From positions 448,001 through 512,000 of the forward strand of contig JBMFNR010000001.1 of the NCBI GenBank assembly GCA_049970055.1: DNA of 64,000 nucleotides. The letters are read 5' to 3'. The position numbers and the translations under genes were made by a program. Below, piece by piece: positions 19,994-28,940 of the stretch (positions within the stretch are counted from its first letter, which is position 1; the number at the start of each line of letters is the position of its first letter). This stretch comes from Fervidobacterium sp. (GTDB lineage Bacteria > Thermotogota > Thermotogae > Thermotogales > Fervidobacteriaceae). The notes under the pieces were generated by a model. The model did no database searches. It was given only the letters and a program-made list of their open reading frames with translations, and was not told the DNA's origin.

Positions 19994-21913
19994 ATGAAGA
20001 AAATATACTTACTAATCATTGCAATCACAATATTTTTCCTTTGGGCTATATTCTTTAAATTAGACATTACTGAAATTCTAGATCTGAAAATAATGGATCT
20101 ATTTTACAAAATGCGTGGAGAGATCAATATACAACCTAGCGTTGTTGTTGTTGGTATAGATGAGTACTCACTCAGTGCTCTTGAGGTTGAAGGTAACACT
20201 TGGCCTTGGAAAAGGGAAGTCTATGGTCGCTTACTTCAAAAAGTTTTTGAAGACGGTGCGAAGGTAGTTGCGTTCGATGTATCGTTTACCGAGCCGAGGG
20301 AAGAAGATAGTGACAGTTACTTTGCAAGTACTTTGTTAAGCTACCAAAATGTTGTACTTGGAACGTATCTGATAAACGAAAAGCGTACATACCTTTCTTA
20401 CGATATCAGATTAAGGAAAAAAATCGAAGAAAACACAAGTTACCTTGATTTGTCATACAAAATGGCAAACTTCAAAGAATTATCTCTTCTTAAACCATTT
20501 ACAGTGTACAAAATTAGGCCCATATACGAACCTTTTGCGGTAGCAGCATACAGTGGAACATACGAGATAGGCACCTTGGATGCAGATGGTACTGTGAGGG
20601 AAATTCCACTTCTAGTTGTTGAAAAATGGGCTCAAGACAATGGTATTTCTTCCGGTATACTACCACATATGGATGTTATATCCTCAGCACTCTTTTTAAA
20701 TATTGATCCGACAGAGCTTATTCTTGATTTTTCAACAAAAAAAATTTACCTTGGTGATAAGTCTATTCAGTTTGATAATTCAGGTTACATGCATTTGTGG
20801 TTTTATGGACATGGTGCCAAAATATTCAAAGAAGTTCCATTTTACGATGTAATTAGCGGAAAATTCGAGAAAGGGACATTCAAAAACAAAGTGGTGTTAG
20901 TCGGATATACAGCAACCGCGAAAGGACTGTACGACTTGCGAATCACCCCGTTTTCCAATAACGAAGCAGGTGTTTTTGTGCATGCCAATGCGATCGAGAA
21001 TATGATTCGTGAAGAATACATAAGATCAATCACTCCGTTTTACAATTCAATAATTTTCTTAACCATAATGATTTTCGTATCGATTTTTGCAACATTCAAA
21101 GGTAGACTCACAAATACTTTACTACTTTCGACTCCTGTTCTAATATTGTTGATATCATTTTTGCTTTTCTCACAGCGGGTGCACTTAGCAACTTTTCAAC
21201 CATTTTTTGCGACACTTGTTGTAGGAACAGTTAAAACCTTGGGTGATTTTCTCAAGGAAAACGCTGAAAAACGAAAAATGAAAGAATTTCTTTATAGATA
21301 TGTCCCCGATACAGTTGTTGATACTCTGTTAAATCAAGGTGAGCTGAAGCTTGGAGGTGAAACCAGAAACATTGTCGTATTATTTTCCGATATCAAAGGA
21401 TTCACAAGTCGCTCTGAGAAGATAACACCTGAAGAAGTTGTTTCATTTTTAAACATCTATTTAACGCGTATGAGTGAGATAATACGTTATAAATACGAAG
21501 GTACGATTGACAAATTTATTGGTGATGCGATTATGGCAATTTTCGGTGCACCAATTTCGCATGGGAATGAAATTGAAAGAGCTCTAAGATGCGCAATTGA
21601 TATGCGTATTGTTTTGAAAGAATTAGATAAAGAATACGGTTGGGACCTTGACAGTGGTATAGGTATACATTATGGGCCCGCGATCGTGGGGAACATAGGT
21701 GCACCGTTCAGAATGGACTACACATGCATAGGAGATACCGTAAACACTGCTTCAAGAATCGAGCACTTAACAAGAGAAGTCGATGCTGAAATAATTGTTT
21801 CAGAAGAAATTGTCAGCAGAACAGACAAATTTATCTTTGAATACATCGGGAGTTATTTGGTAAAAGGAAAGAGCACGGAGCTAAAGCTATACAAACTTAT
21901 TGGCGAAAAATGA
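19994..21913 (+). CDS. CHASE2-domain class III adenylate cyclase
   Basis: VVVGIDE..L, WPWKR, DADGTVR, GVFVHA (CHASE2); TM helices; VLFSDIKGFT, DKFIGDAIMA, DYTCIGDTVNTASR. Confidence 0.92.
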   Translation: MKKIYLLIIAITIFFLWAIFFKLDITEILDLKIMDLFYKMRGEINIQPSVVVVGIDEYSLSALEVEGNTWPWKREVYGRLLQKVFEDGAKVVAFDVSFTEPREEDSDSYFASTLLSYQNVVLGTYLINEKRTYLSYDIRLRKKIEENTSYLDLSYKMANFKELSLLKPFTVYKIRPIYEPFAVAAYSGTYEIGTLDADGTVREIPLLVVEKWAQDNGISSGILPHMDVISSALFLNIDPTELILDFSTKKIYLGDKSIQFDNSGYMHLWFYGHGAKIFKEVPFYDVISGKFEKGTFKNKVVLVGYTATAKGLYDLRITPFSNNEAGVFVHANAIENMIREEYIRSITPFYNSIIFLTIMIFVSIFATFKGRLTNTLLLSTPVLILLISFLLFSQRVHLATFQPFFATLVVGTVKTLGDFLKENAEKRKMKEFLYRYVPDTVVDTLLNQGELKLGGETRNIVVLFSDIKGFTSRSEKITPEEVVSFLNIYLTRMSEIIRYKYEGTIDKFIGDAIMAIFGAPISHGNEIERALRCAIDMRIVLKELDKEYGWDLDSGIGIHYGPAIVGNIGAPFRMDYTCIGDTVNTASRIEHLTREVDAEIIVSEEIVSRTDKFIFEYIGSYLVKGKSTELKLYKLIGEK

Positions 21914-21948
21914 TGTAGGCAGACTAATAAACAAAGGGGGAGGCATAG

Positions 21949-22932
21949 GTGGACAATCAGAAAGAAATGGAAGAGATAATAAATATACAATTTAACAATA
22001 CAAAATACTTTTTGGATCCTAAAAGTGGGGAATTTCAGATATCCGGTGAATTACCAACCCAAGATGAAGTGTATGAATTCGCGATGATCCATCGTATACC
22101 TATTGATGAGAAAATATTTAATCTTCTCAACGAATTACTTTTGTCTCAAGATATTCAATCTTGTATGTATAAAATTAAAAAATTCTTTGAAAATTACTAC
22201 AGAAAAGACATTGAAATTATCTTCTTGGAAGATGGAGCTGACTTAGAACTTAAAAATCGTATTTTAAAATTACCTATCATTAGCAAAAATTCAGGTAGAA
22301 TTGGTCATATAACCTTCTTGGGCGATTTTTCAATCAAACAAGCTTTAGGATTCCTTGCTTTTTACGATTCTTTCGTATCTGTTATTGAGGGGTTGATCTT
22401 GAGCCACAGGTTGGAAGAATTATTCAAAAGTGCTTTAAACACACTTTATTTGGCGTTTAGCAAAAGGACTCGGCTTTCCGAAGACGAACTATTAGCTATG
22501 GAAAAAATCGCACTTGAGATCGCCATGCAAGAAAGTATAAATCAAGAGCAGTGTCTTGTTGCATTGAGAATCGCAAACGTTGGACTTATTGGTGTCAGAG
22601 ATGAATTATTTGATAGAGTAAGGTCTGGAAATGCGAGCCCAGGAGAATATGCTGAATATTTTAAGCACATTGACCACGGCTATGAGATATTAAAAGAATT
22701 AGAATTTAGCAAAGAACTTATCGATATTTGTCTTTACCACCACGAAACACTAGATGGCAAGGGTCCCAGAGGGTTTGAAAGTGAAGAAATACCAACACTT
22801 GCCCTCATTGTTGGATTATCCGAAAGTTTAGTGCTGTTGAATTGGAATGAAAAGATCTTAAGAAAAAAGTACCCATCGAAATACGTTGATATAGCACTTA
22901 GAACATTTAATGCAATCCAAAACAAGGGGTGA
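21949..22932 (+). CDS. Degenerate HD-GYP domain protein
   Basis: RIANVGLIGV in place of LLHDIGKIGV; HHETLDGKGP retained. Confidence 0.75.
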   Translation: MDNQKEMEEIINIQFNNTKYFLDPKSGEFQISGELPTQDEVYEFAMIHRIPIDEKIFNLLNELLLSQDIQSCMYKIKKFFENYYRKDIEIIFLEDGADLELKNRILKLPIISKNSGRIGHITFLGDFSIKQALGFLAFYDSFVSVIEGLILSHRLEELFKSALNTLYLAFSKRTRLSEDELLAMEKIALEIAMQESINQEQCLVALRIANVGLIGVRDELFDRVRSGNASPGEYAEYFKHIDHGYEILKELEFSKELIDICLYHHETLDGKGPRGFESEEIPTLALIVGLSESLVLLNWNEKILRKKYPSKYVDIALRTFNAIQNKG

Positions 22933-23576
22933 ATATCTTGGACAAAGTATTCTACATTTTTCCATACTTTTTCCTCGGACACCTTTTTGGCGATTATGTT
23001 ATTCAAACAAATTACATTGCAGCATACAAAGGTAAAAGTTTAAAAGTTTTAACGCTACATATCCTTCTTGTGTTCTGTTCACAAACGATTTTTTTACTGG
23101 GTAAAGGCTTTGCCTTAAAGGAACTACTGGTCGTAATTGCACTATCACTTACGCATTTCTCTATAGATTTAGTTAAATTTCTTTGCAAAAAAACGTTCTG
23201 TAAAAAATGGTATTACTACTTATTCGATCAATTTTTACATATCATAACTTTGGTCATAGCTTCCACTTACTTTAGTAATGTTCAACCATTTCTAAATAGA
23301 ACGCTTGCAGTCGTACTAGCAGTTAGTATTTTCAACGGTTATTTTCTAAGTATACTAGTTCATTTTCTTATTTCAAACGGTATTTACAAAAGAGATTATT
23401 TAGGCTATTTCCTTAGAATGTCTGCACCCGTGTTCTACATAGCAAATATTTATTTATTCATAATTTACGTACTTTTTTGTCTGCTGCTTATTGTTCAAAA
23501 AAGTAAAGAATCATACATTTTAAATTATATACTAACGGTAATTTCAACCGTAGTTCTCATGGAGGTGATGTTATGA
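22929..23576 (+). CDS. DUF3307-family membrane protein
   Basis: GHLFGDYVIQT, H...H..ID..K, DQFLH; multiple TM helices. Confidence 0.8.
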   Translation: MNILDKVFYIFPYFFLGHLFGDYVIQTNYIAAYKGKSLKVLTLHILLVFCSQTIFLLGKGFALKELLVVIALSLTHFSIDLVKFLCKKTFCKKWYYYLFDQFLHIITLVIASTYFSNVQPFLNRTLAVVLAVSIFNGYFLSILVHFLISNGIYKRDYLGYFLRMSAPVFYIANIYLFIIYVLFCLLLIVQKSKESYILNYILTVISTVVLMEVML

Positions 23577-25717
23577 AACAGCTTTTAGTGGGGTTGCTGG
23601 TGATCATTTCCGTATTTGCTTTTGCAGACTTTGAAGTTGTGCCAAACTCTGATAGTGTTGTCATGGGCGGTAAACTGCCAATAAAGATCTCACTTACCGA
23701 TGATTCTGGCAAGTTGCAAACCTTTATCCTGAAAGCTAAGGTAACCCTTGGAGGTTTCGAAAAACCCGAAGTTTTGACAAAGGGTTTAAGTATTAATGGA
23801 AAGGTAGAGCTTAACTTCCTAGCACCGAAGAAAGTAGGTGAGGTTAAAATAACATTTATAGCTCAAACTTTAGACAACAAAACTCAAACCAAAGAAATCA
23901 TGATCAAAGTTACAGAAAAAGATGAGAACGAATTTTCTGATAAGTTAAAAGCAACGATCGAGTCATTTAGAGGAAGTGTGGCGTATAAGAAAGAAGGAAA
24001 ACAAGTTTGGGAATCGATCAAGTTGGATACAATTTTGCAAGAAGGGGACGAAATACTAACACTTGAAAAAGCCTACGTCATTGTCAAATTCCCAGACGGT
24101 TCGATGACGAAAATTACAGAAAACACACAAGTACTCTTTGAAAAGTTGAGACGTGCAAAAGACGGTAGGATATTGGTTTCAATCATAATCAAAAAAGGTG
24201 GTACGTACAATGTCGTACAAAAAATGGTAGCGGGTTCATCGTTTGAGGTGAAAGCTGGTAGCGTTACAGCGGGAGTAAGAGGCACGGCATTTGAATTATC
24301 AAATGTTGAAGAAAAACCTGTTCTGAAGGTGTGGGAAGGTGAAGTACTTGCGTTTTACAACGACAATTTCGTAATACCAGTTTTCGAAGGTCAGCAGATG
24401 GCATTTGGACCGTTCACTGGTGTTATTGAAGACATAACACAACTGTTTGAAAATACAGAACCTGCACCTCTTCTTGAAAGCGTGCCATCGTTAGAACCAG
24501 AAATGCCGGAAACTCCTCAGACACCTGAATTACCGAAAGTGCCGGAAACAAAGCCAATGGAAACTTCTATTCAACCGATGAAAGCGTATATTCCACCACT
24601 TGGTGTTGAAACAGCCATCAAGGATGGGGAAAAGTACATTATTTACACAATTTCGCCTGAGTTTACGATAGGTCCAGTCACATTAGGTATAGGCTTGACA
24701 GCATACGCTACGGAAGTTGGTGGAACGCTTTACTACGGCTTACCGACAACAACCCCAAGCACGAATCTAATCAACATGATAACGATCAACTACGTCGCAT
24801 TTAACCTTGGAAACGTGTACCTCAGGTACGGTAATATGCCACAAACTTCACTCGCGATGGGCTTTTCTGTAAGAGATTACTACAAGCCGTACTCAAAGTC
24901 ATTCGATATAAAGGCACTTGTTGGTCCTGTTGGTTTAACACTGCACATACCGTACGAACTAACAAAACTCTGGCCAACCGAATTCGTTCAATCAGATAGT
25001 GTTTACACGGCGGAAATTGAGCTAAAATCAGTTGTTGCAGGTATGGATCTTGGTATTGCCGGATTGTACGATACAAATGTAACAAAAGATGATGTACTCG
25101 GCAATGCAACACCAATAAATCTTTCACTTTCAGGATACCTGAGATATCCTATCTTAAGTGGATTTTACCTTGGCGTCGAAGTTGGATCACAATTTCTGAG
25201 CGATTATTCCAAGTACGGTATTGGAATATTCGGAGGTCTCTCAGGTAGAATATCGTTCTTCGATGTCATTGCAGGTGGATTTGGAACATACAACGGATTC
25301 AGACCATTCCATTTTGGAAGAATATACACCACACAAAAGCTCAAAAGCCAATTATCTACATTGAGTGATGAAAGTACGAGCTTTGGTTTCTTAGTGGGAT
25401 TCAATTTTGATACACAATATGCGATGGGTAGATTTTATCTACTTGGTGATTTTTCAGGCGATATGGACGCTCTTGGGGAAGTAAGGATTACTATACCTCA
25501 AGTGGGCGCGGTTGCGGGCTTATTCATATACGGTTATTATTATGATCCTACACCATTTGTAGAAGGACACTTCACCGATTCTGATACCGTATCATTCCTT
25601 AGAATAACTTATCCCATAATGGAAAGAAACCTTGTTGCGGGAATAGTATACACTTGGGATGGAATTACCAGACAATGGATCCAGAGTGTGTACATAGGGA
25701 GTGAGACAAGTTGGTAA
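23573..25717 (+). CDS. Secreted FecR-domain protein with Pro-rich linker and probable C-terminal beta-barrel
   Basis: Signal peptide (AFA); GDEILT, FPDGS, TAGVRGTAF, VWEGEV FecR motifs; PEMPETPQTPELPK linker; amphipathic strands ending in W. Confidence 0.75.
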   Translation: MKQLLVGLLVIISVFAFADFEVVPNSDSVVMGGKLPIKISLTDDSGKLQTFILKAKVTLGGFEKPEVLTKGLSINGKVELNFLAPKKVGEVKITFIAQTLDNKTQTKEIMIKVTEKDENEFSDKLKATIESFRGSVAYKKEGKQVWESIKLDTILQEGDEILTLEKAYVIVKFPDGSMTKITENTQVLFEKLRRAKDGRILVSIIIKKGGTYNVVQKMVAGSSFEVKAGSVTAGVRGTAFELSNVEEKPVLKVWEGEVLAFYNDNFVIPVFEGQQMAFGPFTGVIEDITQLFENTEPAPLLESVPSLEPEMPETPQTPELPKVPETKPMETSIQPMKAYIPPLGVETAIKDGEKYIIYTISPEFTIGPVTLGIGLTAYATEVGGTLYYGLPTTTPSTNLINMITINYVAFNLGNVYLRYGNMPQTSLAMGFSVRDYYKPYSKSFDIKALVGPVGLTLHIPYELTKLWPTEFVQSDSVYTAEIELKSVVAGMDLGIAGLYDTNVTKDDVLGNATPINLSLSGYLRYPILSGFYLGVEVGSQFLSDYSKYGIGIFGGLSGRISFFDVIAGGFGTYNGFRPFHFGRIYTTQKLKSQLSTLSDESTSFGFLVGFNFDTQYAMGRFYLLGDFSGDMDALGEVRITIPQVGAVAGLFIYGYYYDPTPFVEGHFTDSDTVSFLRITYPIMERNLVAGIVYTWDGITRQWIQSVYIGSETSW

Positions 25718-25736
25718 AATTAAGGTGGGTGAGTGA

Positions 25737-26981
25737 ATGAACAAAGATATAGAAGGTCCAACATGGCTAAGTGGGTATGTTTTTAACAACAAACTACATG
25801 GCAGAAAAACGAAACTTTTTGTCAGCATCGATAACGTAGAATTTTACGTTCTTGGGGGATATTCTTTTGACCTCCTCAAAAAGATAAGCAAATTTATCAA
25901 CGAAGGGATACACATTAAACCAGCCGATGCTACGGATCAAGTTGTATACATTGCGGCGAAACTCAATAGTAACCTCAGACTTAACGAACTACTAAAAGAC
26001 ATCCAAAACGAAGTTTGTAACATAGTTAATGCGGAAGCAGCTTCTATATTACTATACGAAGAGGACCACTTGAGATTTTTGGTCACAGTGGGGAAGGCAA
26101 GTGGCAAGATTGAGAGCATACCCGTTCCTATGGAATCCATTGCGGGAACAATATTTAAAGAAGGGAAAGCACTCATATTCAACGATCTCGAAAAAAATCC
26201 AGCACATTTCAAAGGTGTTGACAAAGCTGCAAAATTCAGAACAGAAAACATTGTAGGGGCACCCATATGGGTTGAAGGTCAAAAAATAGGTGTTATTGAG
26301 GTACTTAACAAATCTGGAGGATTCAGCCAAGAAGATGCAAATATAATAGATACTTTTGCAAAACTCATAGGCAGTAAATTATTAAGCACGTGGAAATACG
26401 AAAAATTCTCAAATAACTTCAAAAAATTACTACTTGCCATAGCGACTGCGATAGATAAAAGAGATAACTACACCCACAAGCACTCCCAAAACGTTGCCAT
26501 GTACTCTCTAGGAATAGGTAGAAAGTTTGGTCTAAACCAGGAAATGTTAGAAAAACTCGAATTTTCGGCTATATTACATGATGTTGGGAAAATAGGCATA
26601 CCAGATAGTATCCTTCTTAAACCTGGTAAATTGACAGACGAGGAATACCAAATAATCAAAAATCACACCATTTACGGTGCCCAGATACTGTCAAGTATAA
26701 AGTATGTCGATGAGAATATAATAAATGGTGCGCTTGAGCATCACGAAAAACTCGATGGTAGCGGCTATCCTTACGGGAAGAAAGATGGTGAGATCTCGCT
26801 CTTTGGAAGAATCATCGGAATTGCCGATGTGTTCGACGCGCTTTCCACTAAAAGAGCATACAAAGAAGCGTGGAGCCTATCTGATGTGCTTGAAGTGATA
26901 AAAAAAGATGTAGAAAATGGTAAAATGGACCAAGAAGTGTTCAAATACCTGATCGAAATAATAAATGAGACAAACAACTGA
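25737..26981 (+). CDS. GAF + HD-GYP cyclic dinucleotide phosphodiesterase
   Basis: GAF (SIAG, IGVIEVLNK, FSQED); YTHKHS, ILHDVGKIG, HHEKLDGSGYP, ADVFDAL. Confidence 0.92.
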   Translation: MNKDIEGPTWLSGYVFNNKLHGRKTKLFVSIDNVEFYVLGGYSFDLLKKISKFINEGIHIKPADATDQVVYIAAKLNSNLRLNELLKDIQNEVCNIVNAEAASILLYEEDHLRFLVTVGKASGKIESIPVPMESIAGTIFKEGKALIFNDLEKNPAHFKGVDKAAKFRTENIVGAPIWVEGQKIGVIEVLNKSGGFSQEDANIIDTFAKLIGSKLLSTWKYEKFSNNFKKLLLAIATAIDKRDNYTHKHSQNVAMYSLGIGRKFGLNQEMLEKLEFSAILHDVGKIGIPDSILLKPGKLTDEEYQIIKNHTIYGAQILSSIKYVDENIINGALEHHEKLDGSGYPYGKKDGEISLFGRIIGIADVFDALSTKRAYKEAWSLSDVLEVIKKDVENGKMDQEVFKYLIEIINETNN

Positions 26982-26988
26982 TAAGAGT

Positions 26989-27019
26989 CACCCTGAGCGT
27001 TTGTGCTCAGGGTGTTTTT
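26989..27019 (+). terminator. Rho-independent terminator of the signalling operon
   Basis: CACCCTGAGCG-ttt-GTGCTCAGGGTG-TTTTT. Confidence 0.85.
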
Positions 27020-27149
27020 CTATCCTAACTTATTTTGCCCGCCTTTCCTATTATTACGAATTCACCCAAGCTTTTCTAAGACCATTGTGCTTCGCAGATT
27101 TCTGAAAGCAAGCGATAACGAGAAGATACATATAATCAGGGGTGGTTAA

Positions 27150-28298
27150 ATGTCACTTGAAAAATTGGTAGGTTTACTTACAGACAAACCATTGGACCAA
27201 AACGATGCAAAACTTCTTGTTAACAGGCAAAAAGAATTTCAGCTTGTTGATCTAATCCTAAACTATCAAAATTACGGCATATTCGGTATTTCCGGGGAAC
27301 CAGGAATTGGTAAAACAACATTCATAAACAACATAGCAACCAAACTTTACACCATTAAAATTGCACTCACACAACGCGACAATCAAGATACCATACTCTA
27401 CGATTTACTCTACAACCTAGCGGTTCAAACTCAAAACGATTTGGAAATATCAAAGAAAGTAAAAGATTGGCTTGTTGAAGAGATATCGTACATAAAAGGT
27501 TTATGTCTTGGCATTTCATTTATTGCAAATGCTGATCTTTCGTTTCAAAAACAAAACTCACCGAGGTTTAACTACTTCAAAGCCAAGGAGTACTTCAACA
27601 GTATAATAAAAGAACTTATCGATAAGCATGGCAAAATAATTCTTGTCATCGACGAACTCGACAAAGAAAGCAAAAAAGATGTACTCTTAGTTTTAGACAA
27701 CCTAAAATCAGAACTTCAGAAAGAAAGCATAATAACACTCATCTCTCTTCCATACAAGATATACAAAGAATACAAAATGGACAAATTACAGAAACTTGGC
27801 GAAGGAAACCTCGATAACGTTTTGAAAGACATAATAAACCTAAGAGAGTTTACAAATAGTGAAGTAAAAGAAATCATACTTAGAAGACTTAATAACTACG
27901 TTCATCTTTTTGAAAATGACGCTCTGGAAATAATCGCAGATTACTCAGACGGGAACCCACGGGATGCACTATGGATAGCTCAAAAAATTGTCTTCGAAGC
28001 TATGGCAGAAAATTTAGAAAGAATAACGCACACATACGCAAAGCAGAGTATAAAGAAAATAACAAGACAATACGTAGCAGAAATATCTTTGACAGATAAA
28101 CAAAAATCAATGATAGACGAGCGACTCTTTCCAGGTACGAAAGATGAAATAATAAAAAAAGCAGTGAGCACTAAAAACCTCCACCGCTCAACAGCGTACT
28201 CAATATTTGAGAGATTATTGCAATTAGGTATAATTGTAGAAAGAAATGGTACATACAAACTATCTGGTAAAAACAAATTTTTGTACATAGATTCGTAG
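27150..28298 (+). CDS. AAA+ ATPase with C-terminal winged helix (Cdc6/archaeal-ATPase-like architecture)
   Basis: LVNRQKE, GEPGIGKT, ILVIDELD, GNPRDAL sensor-2, RSTAYSIFERLLQLGIIVERNGTYKLS wHTH. Confidence 0.8.
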   Translation: MSLEKLVGLLTDKPLDQNDAKLLVNRQKEFQLVDLILNYQNYGIFGISGEPGIGKTTFINNIATKLYTIKIALTQRDNQDTILYDLLYNLAVQTQNDLEISKKVKDWLVEEISYIKGLCLGISFIANADLSFQKQNSPRFNYFKAKEYFNSIIKELIDKHGKIILVIDELDKESKKDVLLVLDNLKSELQKESIITLISLPYKIYKEYKMDKLQKLGEGNLDNVLKDIINLREFTNSEVKEIILRRLNNYVHLFENDALEIIADYSDGNPRDALWIAQKIVFEAMAENLERITHTYAKQSIKKITRQYVAEISLTDKQKSMIDERLFPGTKDEIIKKAVSTKNLHRSTAYSIFERLLQLGIIVERNGTYKLSGKNKFLYIDS

Positions 28299-28357
28299 AT
28301 ACATTGTATTGTAAGTAGTATAAAACTAAAAAGCCCCCTTTACAAAAGGTGGGTGTT

Positions 28358-28417
28358 TATGGTATATTATGTATACTTATGTATACTATATGGGTACTAT
28401 ATGTAATGTATGTACAT
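28358..28417. repeat. AT-rich ~10-bp imperfect tandem repeats (TATGTATACT)
   Basis: tatggtatat tatgtatact tatgtatact atatgggtact atatgtaatg tatgtacat. Confidence 0.65.
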
Positions 28418-28439
28418 TCATCCGTGGGGGGTGTTTTAC

Positions 28440-28844
28440 ATGGAAAATAGACCAGCGAGTACATCAGTTCAAACGAGAAAAACAAGTGAAATACTACCGA
28501 TTCAACAATGGCACGAAAAAGTACTAAGTTACAAACATCTTGTCGACAGATGGACAAAGTACTTTTGGAATATTAACAAAGCATACCTATACTCATTCGA
28601 AGACCTGCGACAGACTATTTGGTATATTTTGATGGTAGGGTTAAAGACATTTGATGGAAGGGGAAAAGAGGAAGAGTACCTAAATTGGTACATACGAAAC
28701 AAAATAGTTTCGATCATGGTTTATGGAAAAAAGCCACCAAATTGCATTGATGCACCGTTCACCCCACTAAGGTTTGACTACATCTCACCAGATGACGATG
28801 TGCAGGTGAATGAATTGTTTTACTCTGAGTTTGATGATGAGTAG
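28440..28844 (+). CDS. Sigma70 region-2-like protein lacking region 4
   Basis: YKHLV...FEDLRQ...GLKTFD...YLNWYIRNKI resembles sigma region 2; GGGGGGTG RBS before ATG 28440. Confidence 0.65.
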   Translation: MENRPASTSVQTRKTSEILPIQQWHEKVLSYKHLVDRWTKYFWNINKAYLYSFEDLRQTIWYILMVGLKTFDGRGKEEEYLNWYIRNKIVSIMVYGKKPPNCIDAPFTPLRFDYISPDDDVQVNELFYSEFDDE

Positions 28845-28898
28845 CAATAACCAGTTCTGAAGATCTTGAAACGACATAGAGTGAATCAATACTCAGAC

Positions 28899-28924
28899 AA
28901 AAGCCTCCTTCAGGAGGCCTTTTT
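28899..28924. terminator. Bidirectional terminator
   Basis: AAAAGCCTCC-ttca-GGAGGCCTTTT. Confidence 0.75.
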
Positions 28925-28940
28925 AGTTTCAATTATTAAG

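Noticed and set aside
27020..27149. Small hairpin GCTTCGCAGA..TCTGAAAGC as MITE or sRNA
   Set aside because: Short, imperfect and single-copy; no terminal repeats or target duplication.
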